This document shows positions 28,843-42,379 of a stretch of DNA of 64,000 bases, in pieces. Each line of letters begins with the position of its first letter. Positions within the stretch are counted from its first letter, which is position 1. This stretch comes from Eledone cirrhosa. Taxonomy: Eukaryota. Below the pieces are notes generated by a model. It was not told the DNA's origin, did no database searches, and saw only the letters and a list, made by a program, of their open reading frames with translations. The stretch lies in the NCBI GenBank assembly GCA_964016885.1, contig OZ024753.1:15438001-15502000 (forward strand). Reading direction: 5' to 3'. A program made the translations under genes and the position numbers.

Positions 28843-30693
28843 TTAGGGGGCAGTGTTTAGACGGGGTCCGTATTTGTTAATGAAGTAAGATTCCTTGCTG
28901 ATGCGCTGCGTGTGGGTGGCATTATCTTTAAATTTGTAGAGGGAAAAGATTCTGAAGTTGGGATGATTTTGGGCGGCACAGGTATCAATGTGTTCACTCA
29001 GTGGTATTTTCCTGTATTCCCGTATTTTAATTTGGGATCTATGGACAGTCATGCGTTGGCGGAGGCTGTTTTTGGTCTGGCTTATGTATTGTTCTCGACA
29101 ACCTGAGCAAGTTAATACATATATTAGATTTTCCGATGCACATGTGAAATTGTGTTTTACTATAAAACGTTGTCCATCTTTGAAATAGAATTCCGAACCC
29201 TCTATTAGGTTGATGCAAATGCCACAGTTGGGTCTATCGCATTTTTTTACTGTGGGTTTCGTTGTTGTGGTTGGCAGTACTTTGGCATGTGTTAGGATGT
29301 TTTTCATTGACTTGGATTGTCTTTTGCTCTTTATGATATCGTGTGTTCGTAGAATTTGGTTCATTCTATGGTCCTTTTTCAACACAAGGATGTTTTGGAG
29401 GATGGTGTCAAAGGCCTCATTGTTGAGGGGGTCGTGTGTGGAGATGTATGGAAGAGCTTTTAGTTTCGGTTGATTTACTTTAGGGTGTCTAAGGTCCTGG
29501 GTACTGAGTTTTAGGGCACGTTGGATTCCATTGTCAATTAGTGATGCAGGGTAGTCCCTGCCTATGAGTGTGTCCTTTAGTTCTTGTAGCCGTAAGTAGC
29601 AGATGTTTTTATTGGAGACTATAGTACAGATTCTCTTGGCTAAGTTGTAGGGAATATTAATTTTAACGTGTCTAGGGTGGCAAGAGTTGAAGGGGAGATA
29701 TTGCTTGGAGTCTGTGGGCTTGTAGTATATGTCTGTTTCTATTTTTTTGTTATGGATCTTAATGATGATGTCGAGGAAGGGGAGTTGTTGATGGCTGTAT
29801 TCCATCGTGAAGTTAATATTCGTGTTGAGCCCATTTATAAGGGTGTGAAATTCTTTAAGTTTTTCGATGTTTTCGTGCCAAAGGATGAAGCAGTCATCTA
29901 GATATCGCTTCCAGTTCCTTTCAATGTGTAAGTGGAGGGTGTTTCCAAATTTGTTTAGGACTTTAGTGTAGAGGGTGATTTCCAGGTATCCCATGACTAG
30001 GTTGGCATAAGTGGGGGCTGTTTTCGTTCCCATAGCGGTCCCAGATTTCTGCCTGTAGGGTTTGTTATTGAAAACGAAGTAATTGTTCTCCAAGATAAAT
30101 TTGAGTCCCTCTATCACGAATTCTTTTTTGATGCGTTGTGGGAGTTCATTGTGGAAATTTTCCAGCCAGAATTGGATAGCTTCTATTCCTAGGTTGTGGG
30201 GGATGTTGGAGTATAGGTTGACTACATCGAACGTCACTAGTAAGGTTTGTTCAGAAAGTGGCATATTAGGGAGGTGATTGAGCATATCTAGGTCGTCCCT
30301 TATATAGCTTTTGATGTGTTTGAGGAAGGGTTTGAGAAGGGTATCAATGAAGTTGCTAAGGCGGTGCGTTTCGCAAGCGGGGCCTGCTATTATAGGTCTT
30401 AATTTGAGATCATTGGGTGAGGGGACATTGATGACTATGTCTGTGCCTTCCTTGCATGCCTTACTTATTGATTCGCTTTTATGTACTTTAGGGATACCGT
30501 AGAAAAGGGTGGATTTACTTGTGAAGTCTGTGATGAAGCTGAATTCCTTGTTAGTGAGTCCTTCTTTGTATTGGTTGATTAGAGTTTTTAGGTTTCTCAT
30601 AATTTTCTGTTGATTGTAGTGTTCAGCCTTTTCGTAGTATGTTTCGTTTTCCAAAGTGGAGAGCGCTAAGTTGATATAGAATTCTGTCTCCAT
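28843..30693 (-). CDS. PLE reverse transcriptase + GIY-YIG endonuclease (Neptune-like), N-terminally truncated
   Basis: FYGIPKVHK, LRPII, FDVVNLYSNI, GTAMG, RYLDD, LPFLD, Cys linker CDRPNCGIC, NLIYVLTCSGCREQYISQT..LRQRMTVH; the copy at ~46725 keeps YIG. Confidence 0.92.
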   Translation of the reverse strand: METEFYINLALSTLENETYYEKAEHYNQQKIMRNLKTLINQYKEGLTNKEFSFITDFTSKSTLFYGIPKVHKSESISKACKEGTDIVINVPSPNDLKLRPIIAGPACETHRLSNFIDTLLKPFLKHIKSYIRDDLDMLNHLPNMPLSEQTLLVTFDVVNLYSNIPHNLGIEAIQFWLENFHNELPQRIKKEFVIEGLKFILENNYFVFNNKPYRQKSGTAMGTKTAPTYANLVMGYLEITLYTKVLNKFGNTLHLHIERNWKRYLDDCFILWHENIEKLKEFHTLINGLNTNINFTMEYSHQQLPFLDIIIKIHNKKIETDIYYKPTDSKQYLPFNSCHPRHVKINIPYNLAKRICTIVSNKNICYLRLQELKDTLIGRDYPASLIDNGIQRALKLSTQDLRHPKVNQPKLKALPYISTHDPLNNEAFDTILQNILVLKKDHRMNQILRTHDIIKSKRQSKSMKNILTHAKVLPTTTTKPTVKKCDRPNCGICINLIEGSEFYFKDGQRFIVKHNFTCASENLIYVLTCSGCREQYISQTKNSLRQRMTVHRSQIKIREYRKIPLSEHIDTCAAQNHPNFRIFSLYKFKDNATHTQRISKESYFINKYGPRLNTAP

Positions 30694-31017
30694 TAGGAGT
30701 CATTTCTCAATCTTGGCGCAAAACCAATTTTTTATTCACATGACCTCTACCGACCAATCAAAATTGTTTTGACCACAAGAATTTTTGCAAACACCAAGTA
30801 GCGCTGGAGCCACTTTTTTAACATAAAAACAGTCTTGGCGCAAAATCAATTTTTTACATTCACATGACCTCTACCGACCAATCAAAATTGTTTTGACCAC
30901 AAGAATTTTTGCAGCACCAAAGTAATGCTGGAGCCACTTTTTTAACATAAAAACAGGTAGAATTCCCAAAACTAATCAGATCAGAGCAAACAACACGGAC
31001 ACTCTATCTCAAAATTA

Positions 31018-31054
31018 TTTTTGAAAAGCATTTAGAAATGCGCAACCGGTAAAA
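31018..31054 (+). ncRNA. Variant HHR (U3:A8 core, GCAA) in the Neptune-like pLTR
   Basis: TTT-TTGAAAA-GCATTT ag AAATGC-GCAA C CG G TA-AAA; the same variant core at ~27736, ~40947 and ~45441. Confidence 0.55.
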
Positions 31055-31208
31055 ACTTAAAAACTTAAAACCACAACTGAATACTAACCCATACAATTAC
31101 TAATACTCTTTTATTCCTAATTAAACCATTTTTCAACTGTGAACAATTTGTCAGCATTTTCTATTCCGTTTACCAATATATAATAACTTGTGTGTTACAC
31201 CTCTATTC

Positions 31209-31262
<54 letters not shown>

Positions 31263-31444
31263 AATATGCTTCCAATATGATGGATCACTCAGTGTTATTG
31301 ACTGACTTAGTATTGAGAAGTCCAATATCATTCATTACAAGGTGGGAGTTCTCGTTTTACTTTTAGTCCTGCCACAACAATAACAACAACAAGGGTGTCT
31401 CTATAGAATTACCTGTGTTGACCTAAACCACCACCTTGGTCACC

Positions 31445-32110
31445 TTGACCGACCAGTCTTTTGGGCGTCCATTCAGCACCGCTGGTCACAGCACGCCGTC
31501 CATTCCTCTCTGGGTCGTGCTTTCCTCATCCATGTATTCCCAATCATATTCCTAAAATCGTAACTCCACCTTCGTCGAGGCTTTCCGAGTGGTCGTTTCC
31601 GCTCGCGCGGGTACCACTCGGCAACTGCGCGGGTCAACCGATTATCGGTGAACCGGGCGACGTGTCCAGCCCATCTGAACTTGCTGCGCATATATTCCGT
31701 GATGACGTCCCTCACGCCGGACTTCTGTCTGATGGCTTCGCTCCTGATGTGCTCTCTCAACAAGATTCCTAGCATTGATCTCTCCATGGCTCATTGAGCC
31801 GTTACCAGCCTCTGCTCTTCTCTCTTCGTTGTAGCCCAAGTTTCACTGCCATATAACCATATAACATTGCAGGTAAAACTGTGCTATTGAAGAGGTTGGG
31901 GCGGGTGGTCTTGTCCAACCTGCCCCTGAGCACATCCCTTATGCCGTTGAACGCCTTCCCTCCGGCCCTTACTCTCCGCGAGATCTCTCTCTCTCAATGT
32001 CTCGGCGCATGTTCACTTCTTGTCCTAGGTAGACGTATTCCTCCACCTCCTCTATTTCATCACCGCCAACCACCATTCGACTTGTTGGTACGTTGTCGGA
32101 TACATGACAT
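31445..32110 (-). pseudogene. RTE-clade LINE 3' fragment
   Basis: IEEVEEYVYLGQ, YGSETW, MERSMLG, FRWAGHVAR, KRPLGKPRRRW, with frameshifts and stops. Confidence 0.88.
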
Positions 32111-32689
32111 AATGTAGTTGGGAGAGATATTGTCCTTGCTGAAATATATATGATCATCTCTAATAAGGCCAACTTGGAGCTAAATCATAATATGAAACTT
32201 AGAAAAGAAAATTAATAGAAAATAACCAATTCAGGCCTTTGCTGAAGAAGACTGCCTTAAACATCCAAAGATATTGCATTCAGAGAAAAACTGTGGTGGC
32301 CTAGTAGAAACTTTCTGGTTGAGAGATTTGTAATCAACAGGTGTAAATGAACCTCAAATATCCGAGGGTGAGGACCTGTCTGATGAGGCCACAGGTCTGC
32401 TCCTCGAAAAGTTCCTCTCTAGGACGAGACTTTTTTTGTCGATGACCGGGATTCAACTAATCATGCAGGGTTTCTTCAAGCAACAAATGTTGACTAAAAG
32501 AAAGGAAATGTCAGACGCAGTTTGGCGCCAGTTTCGACGCAGACGAACCCATAATGCAAAGGGCCGGAAATATAAGACATGACATCACATCATAAGACTG
32601 GCGCCACTGTCACTAAAACACCAGGGCTCCCGTGATGTACAACCTCATGGAAGGCCAGCTAAAACTTAAACGACATCAGTTATAACAAC

Positions 32690-34325
32690 AATGGCAACAG
32701 CAAGAATAACAACAAAAACGACAACACCAGCAACAACAACATCAACATCAACACCACTACCACCACCACCACCGACAACAACAACAACATCACCATCAAC
32801 ACCACTACCACCACCACCACCACCGACAACAACATCACCACCACCAACACCACCACCTACAACAACAACAACATCACCACCACCAACAACAACAACACCA
32901 ACAACATCAACATCAACAACACCACTACTACCACCGACAACAAAAACACCATTACCAACATCATCACCACCACCAACACCACAACCACCAACATCATCAC
33001 CACCACCACCACCAACACCACCACCACCAACATCTTCAACACCACCACCATCTTCATCATCATCATCACCACCAACATCGCCACCAACAACAACAACAAC
33101 AAAACACCACCACCAACAACAACATCACCACCAGAAACAACCCCACCACCACCAAAAACACCACCGCCATCATCATCATCATCATCACCATCACCAACAC
33201 CACCACCACCACCACCATCATCATCAACACCACCACCACCAGCAACACAACCACCACAATCACTACCACCACCAACACCAACACCACCACCGCCACCAAC
33301 ACCACCAACACCACCACCAACAACACCAACACCAACACCATCACCAACATCACCACCACCACCACCACCACCACCACCACCGCCGCCACCACAACCACCA
33401 CAACCAACAACACCACCACCACCAACAACACCACCAACAACACCACCACCACCACCACCAACATCACCACCACCACCACCACCAACATCACCACCACCAA
33501 CACCACCACCACCAACACCACCACCACCACCAACACCACCACCACCACCACCAACATCACCACCAACAACACCACCACCACCACCACCAACATCACCACC
33601 AACAACACCACCACCACCAACACCACCAACAACACCACCACCACCACCACCTACATCACCACCAACAACACCACCACCACCACCACCAACACCACCACCA
33701 CCACCACCACCTACATCACCACCACCACCACCACCACCACCAACACCACCACCACCACCACCAACATCACCACCAACAACACCACCACCACCAACACCAC
33801 CAACAACAACACCACCACCAACACCACCACCACCACCACCACCAACATCACCACCAACAACACCACCACCACCAACACCACCACCACCAACACCACCACC
33901 ACCAACACCACCACCACCACCACCACCAACATCACCACCACCAACACCATCACCACCAACACCACCACCAACATCACCACCAACAACACCACCACCACCA
34001 CCACCAACATCACCACCACCAACACCATCACCACCAACACCACCACCAACATCACCACCAACAACATCACCACCACCACCACCAACACCACCACCACCAA
34101 CACCACCACCACCAACACCACTACCACCAACACCATCACCACCAACACCAACACCACTACCACCAACACCATCACCACCAACACCACCACCAACATCACC
34201 ACCAACAACACCACCACCAGCACCACCAACATCACCACCAACATCACCACCAACAACACCACCACCACCACCACCAACATCACCACCAACAACACCACCA
34301 CCACCAACACCACCCACAACAACAA
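32690..34325. repeat. (CAC/CAA)n cryptic trinucleotide array
   Basis: Direct inspection; the poly-H/Q, poly-G and poly-V ORFs are by-products. Confidence 0.9.
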
Positions 34326-34574
34326 CGTAGAAGGAGTTGAGACGAGGTTATTTTGCTATCAACCAGATTTGTTCCAGCTCATTCCCTCTTCACCGAAGTT
34401 TCACCAGAACACCTTTACAAATGTCACTGGACAATTCTGAGAATTGCCAGACTAAGCACGAACACAACAAATTTATTTCCACTGAACGGCAACGTAGAAT
34501 TAATTAACGGTAAGGAACCATTAACTAAGGCAAGCTATTAATTAGAGACGGTAGAGACACAAGTTAATATATAC

Positions 34575-34860
34575 TACCTCTCTAGCTTACTGTCTTCCTC
34601 TCCCCTCTCTCTATCTTACTGTCTTCCTCTCTATTACCTCTCTATCTTACTGTATTCCTCTCTATTACCTCTCTATCTTACTGTATTCCTCTCTATTACC
34701 TCTCTATCTTACTGTATTCCTCTCTATTACCTCTCTATCTTACTGTATTCCTCTCTATTACCTCTCTATCTTACTGTATTCCTCTCTATTACCTCTCTAT
34801 CTTACTGTATTCCTCTCTATTACCTCTCTATCTTACTGTATTCCTCTCTATTACCTCTCT
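34575..34860. repeat. 31-bp minisatellite (TCTTACTGTATTCCTCTCTATTACCTCTCTA)
   Basis: About 9 tandem units. Confidence 0.9.
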
Positions 34861-34891
34861 CTTTATATTTCTATCTATCTACCTCTGTCTG

Positions 34892-34924
<33 letters not shown>

Positions 34925-35272
34925 CTATATATCTACCTCTCTCTCTCTCTGTATCTATCTACCTCACTCTCTCTATCTATCTATCTATCTATCTATATTT
35001 CTATCCATCTACCTCACTCTCTCTATCTATATTTCTATCTATATACCTCACTCTCTCTATCTATATTTCTATCTATATACCTCACTGTTTGTCTCTCTCT
35101 CTCCCTCTATCTATATTTCTATCTATCTACCTCACTCTCCCTCTCTCTCTCACCCTCTCTCTCTCACCCTCTCTCTATCTATCTATCTATCTATATTTCT
35201 ATCTATCTACCTCACTCTCTCTCTCTCACCCTCTCCCTATCTATCTAGATTTCTATCTATCTACCTTACTGA

Positions 35273-35316
<44 letters not shown>

Positions 35317-35647
35317 ATATCTACCTCTCTCTCTCTCTCTGTATCTATCTACCTCACTCTCTCTATCTATCTATCTATCTATCTATATTTCTATCAATCT
35401 ACCTCACTCTCTCTATCTATATTTCTATCTATATACCTCACTCTCTCTATCTATATTTCTATCTATATACCTCACTGTTTGTCTCTCTCTCTCCCTCTAT
35501 CTATATTTCTATCTATCTACCTCACTCTCCCTCTCTCTCTCACCCTCTCTCTATCTATCTATCTATATTTCTATCTATCTACCTCACTCTCTCTCTCTCA
35601 CCCTCTCCCTATCTATCTAGATTTCTATCTATCTACCTTACTGACGG

Positions 35648-35678
<31 letters not shown>

Positions 35679-35790
35679 ATTTTTATCTATACACCTCACT
35701 CTCTCTCTTTCCCTTTCTATCTATATTTCTATCTATCTACCTCACTCACCCACTCATACTCTCTCTCTCTCTCTCTCCCTCTCCTCTCAT
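34861..35790. repeat. CT/CTAT-rich tract with ~390-bp internal duplication
   Basis: CTCACTGTTTGTCTC at ~35081 and ~35471; GACGGTC at ~35271 and ~35643. Confidence 0.8.
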
Positions 35791-35958
35791 CAAACTATAC
35801 CTATTCGTGTGTGTGTGTGTATGTGTGTCTGAGAGAGAGAGAGTGTGTATCTTTCTATCTCATATATGTGTGTGCGTGTGTATATCTAATAAATATATAT
35901 TTTGCCTGTCTAACTATATATATATGCGTGTGTGCGTGCGTGTGCGTATCTATGTATG

Positions 35959-35989
<31 letters not shown>

Positions 35990-36436
35990 TGAATGTATAT
36001 ACAGTGTATTTTGCAATACACTGTATGCTTAATTAAAAGCATTTTGAAGACCCTACGCTATTGTTTTAAAGTAGCGACATTGTCGACTACTTAAATTTTC
36101 GGCAGGCAGGTGGAGATAAGTTGACAGCGCTGTTTCGTACTAATTGGTACTTGTCAAAACTCAGTACTCTCCCCGTCTGCCAAAAATGATGAGTGTTGGA
36201 TTCTTATAGAATTCCAGTAACAATCAGGAATTGATTTTACAGAGCAGTCGCCGGCCCAGCAGAAATTGAAAATTAGAACTGGTGCTCTGAAATAGCCTAA
36301 AATTTAAGTAAGCGACAATGTCGCCTCTTTAAAACAATAGCGTATGGTCTTCAAAATGCTTTTAATTAAGCATACAATGTATTGCAAAATACACTATATA
36401 TACATTCATATATATATCGCTATTTTAGAGCACCAA

Positions 36437-36443
<7 letters not shown>
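35990..36443. mobile_element. Inverted retrozyme-like unit with U3:A8 HHR at 36119-36161 (minus)
   Basis: RC: AGTT-TTGACAA-GTAC caatta GTAC-GAAAC AGCGCT GTC-AACT; 35990-36098 is inverted at 36300-36412. Confidence 0.7.
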
Positions 36444-36530
<87 letters not shown>

Positions 36531-36771
36531 GTGTGTGTGTGTATGTGTGTGTGTGTATGTAAAAGGTAAACAGAAATAACAACACAATCGGTACAGTATA
36601 TGGAAGGTATATATTAGGTTAACGCTTGATGTAGCAGGAAGAGGGTCTTAACTTTTCGGACGCTAGTCCTTCATCAGAAGAAAGAATGAGAAATAAAATA
36701 GATTGGGGGGACGAGCGGGATGGAATTGGACAAAAATGTCTTTAGATAAAAAAATAGGTCCATGTATATTA

Positions 36772-38930
36772 TATCTACTTATATATATAACCAGCAATTT
36801 CTCTATCTGTCTGTCCGACAGTGGAAACACGTGCGTAGAGAGAGAGTGAGAGTGAAAGAAAGAGACAGACTACGAGAGGGGGATAGCGGGAGGGAGAGAG
36901 GGAGAGTGAATAGACGCTAAAACACGTGCTATAGAAACATTACCTTCCCCTCTCCACTGACTTTGGTCACTGAGGCCGAGGGAATCGCTGGTTGCTATAG
37001 AGACACCTTGCACAAGCCAGAAGTAACCAGTTCGAGGCGGTTCTGACTTGACACCATGCGAAGAAGGTTGCCATTGAATTTGAAGAAGGTTGCTGCTGAT
37101 GAGGTAATTTATTAATCAGAATGCGCAGTTCCATAACCTACGTTTGATTTGTTCAATTTTTTTCTTCAATTTCTTTTGTTGTTTTTTTTTTATTTCTTAT
37201 TGAAAAAATATAAATAATAAAATAAGGTTAGAAATTTAAATACAATTAAATACGATTTAATTTCCATTTCCAGCAGCCAATGTCCAGTGTTCAATTTCAG
37301 GAAATAATTCAAAAAATTGAAGTTTAAATTTTGAACATTTGTTTTGACAATAAAAAAATATTTCCTTATTCACACCTAATGGTATGATTACAATTTCATA
37401 GGAATATTTTTTTCTAACCGCCGGTTATTTAAATATTATTAAAAATAAATTTTTTTTTTAAAAGAATGGAAGATTTTGTGGATTTTTTTACCACCTTCCA
37501 AGCCTTAAACACTAATTCTCGCGAATTTGTGTTTTGTAATGGCCCTCAGGACGCTGCTATTGTTGATTCCAATAGTGACTGGTATTCGAATATGTTAGTA
37601 TACAATTTTTTGAATAAAATTAAGGCGCAATTAGAGCTGCCAAACAAAATTTGTTACGGCTTCGGCCCATATTATTTTTGGGAAAATTCTATTGGTTCTA
37701 ATGAGTCTGCCTCTGTTGGTGTTATTTGCGACATTTCAATGTAAAGCTGAGGTTGTCTGTCTGTGTACTAAAGCCTTCGGCACACATCTCCTCCTAAACC
37801 GTACGTTTAAATTTCGGGGAAATTGCTACACTTATAGATGAAGGTCCGGTGAAGTCTTCGGTCAAAAACATTTTCAAATCGACCCACGCCAAGTGTAAGA
37901 ATCGAATTTGTAATCTATATATATAAAACTGAGGTTGTCTGTCTGTCTGTCCACTAAAACCTTCGGCACACACCTCCTCTTAAACCGTACGTTCAAATTT
38001 CGGTGAAATTGCTACACTTATAGATGAAGGTCCGGCGGAGTCAAAATTTTTCAAATTGACCCACGCCAAGTGTAAAAATCGAATTTGGAATCTCCTTATA
38101 ATATATAACCAGCAATTTCTCTGTCTGTCTGTCCGACAGTGGAAACACGTGCGCGCGTGCGAATGTTTTTTGCGCACGCGTAGAGAGAGAGTGAGAGTGA
38201 AAGAAAGAGACAGACTACAAGAGGAGGATAGCGGGAGGGAGAGAGGGGGGAATTGATGAGTGCTACAGAAACATATATACATTTCTCCGTGTGTTTAATA
38301 TATATATATATATACACACACAGAAATATATATACATTTCTGTGTGTGTAATATATATATATATACACACAGAAATATATATACATTTCTGTGTGTGTAA
38401 TATATATATATATATATACACTCAGAAATATATATACATTTCTGTGTGTGTAATATATATATATATACACACAGAAATATATATACATTTCTGTGTGTGT
38501 AATATATATATATATACTAGCAGAAAACCACCCGGTGGGTGGTTTTCTGCTAGTCTATATATATATAGTTGTATTCATGTCTGTTTGTTTGTTTGTTTAT
38601 TCACGAACCCCTCCTATGGGTTTGGAGATTCTGAAACTACATTGCCCAGGGTACTTGGATAAGTATATTTCATTTCAATCAAAGGGTTCTCCGGGGCACA
38701 AACCCCTGCTGAAAATGTTTTCCCTTTGATTTATATGAAATTTAAACCATAGGTAAATGACAAGATATGATGCATCTTCACAAAAGTTTTGAATTGATAT
38801 TTAAAAAAAAAATTATTTACAAGAAACAAAATAAAAATAAGATTTAATGTAATTTTGATTTGATATATTACAAAAAATAATGTTTTCCAATTTTTCATGC
38901 ATTACATTGAGTGATATTGTTTCTACATCC
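36772..38930 (+). mobile_element. Cluster of nested Helitron-like non-autonomous pieces
   Basis: Repeated A|TC..ATATATAA..CTGTCTGT starts at ~36772, 37913, 38091 and 38554; duplicated blocks 37748-37905/37928-38088 and 36775-36930/38092-38270; CTAG end at ~38553. Confidence 0.5.
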
Positions 38931-40300
38931 AGTGTGTGAGTGGGCATCTAGTGTGTGAGTGGGCATCCAGTGTGTGAGTGGGCATCTAGTGTGTGAGTGG
39001 GCATTTAGTGTGTGAGTGGGCATCCAGTGTGTGAGTGGGCATCTAGTGTGTGAGTGGGCATCCAGTGTGTGAGTGGGCATCTAGTGTGTGAGTGGGCATC
39101 CAGTGTGTGAGTGGGCATCCAGTGTGTGAGTGGGCATCTAGTGTGTGAGTGGGCATCCAGTGTGTGAGTGGGCATCCAGTGTCTGAGTGCGCATCCAGTG
39201 TGTGAGTGGGCATCCAGTGTGTGAGTGGGCATCTAGTGTGTGAGTGGGCATCTAGTGTGTTAGTGGGCATCTAGTGTGTGAGTGGGCATCTAGTGTCTGA
39301 GTGCGCATCCAGTGTCTGAGTGCGCATCCAGTGTGTGAGTGGGCATCTAGTGTGTGAGTGGGCATCTAGTGTCTGAGTGCGCATCCAGTGTCTGAGTGCG
39401 CATCCAGTGTGTGAGTGGGCATCTAGTGTGTGAGTGGGCATCCAGTGTGTTAGTGGGCATCTAGTGTGTGAGTGGGCATCCAGTGTGTGTGTGGGCATCC
39501 AGTGTGTGAGTGGGCATCCAGTGTGTGAGTGGGCATCCAGTGTGTGAGTGGGCATCCAGTGTGTGAGTGGGCATCCAATGTGTGAGTGGGCATCCAGTGT
39601 GTGAGTGGGCATCCAGTGTGTGAGTGGGCATCCAGTGTGTTAGTGGGCATCTAGTGTGTGAGTGGGCATCTAGTGTGTGAGTGGGCATCTAGTGTGTGAG
39701 TGGGCATCTAGTGTCTGAGTGCGCATCCAGTGTCTGAGTGCGCATCCAGTGTGTGAGTGGGCATCTAGTGTGTGAGTGGGCATCCAGTGTGTTAGTGGGC
39801 ATCTAGTGTGTGAGTGGGCATCCAGTGTGTTAGTGGGCATCTAGTGTGTGAGTGGGCATCCAGTGTGTGAGTGGGCATCCAGTGTGTGAGTGGGCATCCA
39901 GTGTGTGAGTGGGCATCCAGTGTGTGAGTGGGCATCCAGTGTGTGAGTGGGCATCTAATGTGTGAGTGGGCATCCAGTGTGTGAGTGGGCATCCAGTGTG
40001 TGAGTGGGCATCCAGTGTATTAGTGGGCATCTAGTGTGTGAGTGGGCATCTAGTGTGTGAGTGGGCATCTAGTGTGTGAGTGGGCATCCAGTGTGTGAGT
40101 GGGCATCTAGTGTGTGAGTGGGCATCCAGTGTGTGAGTGGGCATCCAGTGTGTGAGTGGGCATCTAGTGTGTGAGTGGGCATCCAGTGTGTGAGTGAGCA
40201 TCCAGTGGGTGAGTGGGCATCCAGTGTGTGAGTGGGCATCCAGTGTGTGAGTGGGCATCTAGTGTGTTAGTGGGCATCCAGTGTGTGAGTGGGCATCCAG
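38925..40300. repeat. 19-bp minisatellite (GTGTGTGAGTGGGCATCYA)
   Basis: About 70 tandem units. Confidence 0.95.
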
Positions 40301-40904
40301 TGTGTGTGTGTATGTGCGCTTGTGTGAGTGTGTGTGTATGTGTTTGCGTGTGTGTGTTTGTCTGTGTGTATGTGTTTCTGTATGTGTTTGTGCGTGTGTG
40401 AGTGAATGTGTGTGTGTGATTCTGTGAGAGTCGGTGTGTGCGTATGTGCGCTTGTGTGAGTGTGTGTGTATGTGTTTGTGTATGGGCAGGCACACACAAT
40501 GTTGACACAACAAATAAATTAACCAAGACGTGGTTGTGTAAGTAGCAGTGAAATAGGAAATCCAGGTAAATCCAGGTAAAGGGAGCGATATTCCAACAGA
40601 TAAATATCGGAAGCAGATCAGAGGATAAATACGTAAGTAGTTCAAAGACATAAGGAATTTAATGAGATATAAAGTGTGTGTGTGGGGGAGGGGGGGTACA
40701 ACAATACCGAACGATAAAGAACCAGATGCAGGAAGCAGGTACTTTCAATAGGAATGGAAGGAAACAAAACAAAAATCTTCCAAACAAGGAAAACCACCTC
40801 ATTATGCAAAACCACACCTGCCTCACATCAAACAGGACACAAAAATCATACATCTACATATAATTCATTCCACTCTTTCTCTCTCAATATATATATATAT
40901 ATAT

Positions 40905-41091
40905 ATTAGATTAGAGCAAACATCACGGACGCTCTATCTCAAAATTATTTTTGAAAAGCATTAGAAATGCGCAACCGGTAAAACATAAAACCAAAACTGA
41001 ATACTAACCAATACTATTACAAATTCTCACTTATTCCTAATTACACTATTTTTCACTGTGAACAATTTGTCAGCATTTTCTTTTCCGTTTA

Positions 41092-41097
<6 letters not shown>
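40905..41097 (+). mobile_element. Solo pLTR fragment of the Neptune-like family
   Basis: Homologous to 30980-31180; flanked by (TA)n. Confidence 0.8.
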
Positions 41098-41159
<62 letters not shown>

Positions 41160-41427
41160 GAAGAGAGAAGAAACATTAGATATAATTAGTAATAAGATAT
41201 ATTATACCTAGCTGGTTCTTCAGTACCCGACTACGTAGATTCGTGGCATATTATGCAAAAACACTAGATCATAGAGATATAGAGTCTTTGTGAGGTTCTG
41301 CCGACTTATCAAGGGGGTACCTCATCAGGGATTCCAAAACACGTCTGCAATGCGCGAGATAGAATCTCGAAAAGGCGGAGGGAGAGTCAATCACGTGATA
41401 CAATCACGTGTTTCTCTCTATATATTG

Positions 41428-41578
<151 letters not shown>

Positions 41579-41579
41579 C

Positions 41580-41626
<47 letters not shown>

Positions 41627-41653
41627 CATATGTATATATATACATATATATAC

Positions 41654-41699
<46 letters not shown>

Positions 41700-42173
41700 A
41701 GTATGTACACGTACATACATATATGTATACAGACGTACAGTAGTATGTATATATATATACATACATGAACACATATATATATGTACGTATGGATTCACCG
41801 AACATTTATTATAATGCTCGGTATGTTTGTAAACAAACATCCGTATTAAGCCACTCTCTTAACCAAGATGATATTTACCAAAAAGAAGAACAAGTCAACA
41901 TCATTGGATACCATCAGGGTTGCATGTGTTATATCAGAGTTTTCCTTCTCCTAGAATTCTGCCTTGACAAAGGCTAAGGGGTCATCTCTCCCGGTGATTT
42001 TGGATGGCCATTGACTCTTACGAGCTCCTTTGCCCTTTGACAGGTTTTGTTTTTAGTCCTGCAGGATGTTCAAAGTCACCCTCCTCACCAAGCAACCTTG
42101 GTGGGGTTGCCAGTTTAGTCGCCAACGACCCGACCATATATATATATACATATATATATACATACATATATAT

Positions 42174-42210
<37 letters not shown>

Positions 42211-42379
42211 CATATATATATACATATATATATACATACATATATATATACATATATATACATATATACATATATACATATATATATATACATATATATA
42301 TATACATATATATATACATATATATACACATATATATACATATATACATATATATATATATATATGTATATACATATAT

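Larger units (their letters stand above)
27583..31215 (-). mobile_element. 5'-truncated Neptune-like PLE with inverted 5' pLTR, inserted in (TA)n
   Basis: 27583-28095 is inverted at 30698-31215 around the RT-EN ORF; ~120-bp internal tandem duplication in the pLTR. Confidence 0.9.

Noticed and set aside
32365-32425. CTGATGA...GAAA motif
   Set aside because: The flanking pairing (GACCTGT/ACAGGTC) does not give hammerhead topology and there is no helix III.
32230-32660. Moderately GC-rich stretch with coding-like look
   Set aside because: In-frame stops and no recognisable homology.
32691-34340. 549-aa Pro/Thr then His/Gln-rich ORF
   Set aside because: Trinucleotide repeat open in several frames on both strands, with no domain or splice evidence.
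37466-37744. 92-aa ORF
   Set aside because: No motif recognised; lies in a Helitron-like repeat cluster.
38925-40300. Regular repeats resembling a CRISPR array, plus MPTHTLDAH ORFs
   Set aside because: No unique spacers and no cas genes; a eukaryotic 19-bp minisatellite.
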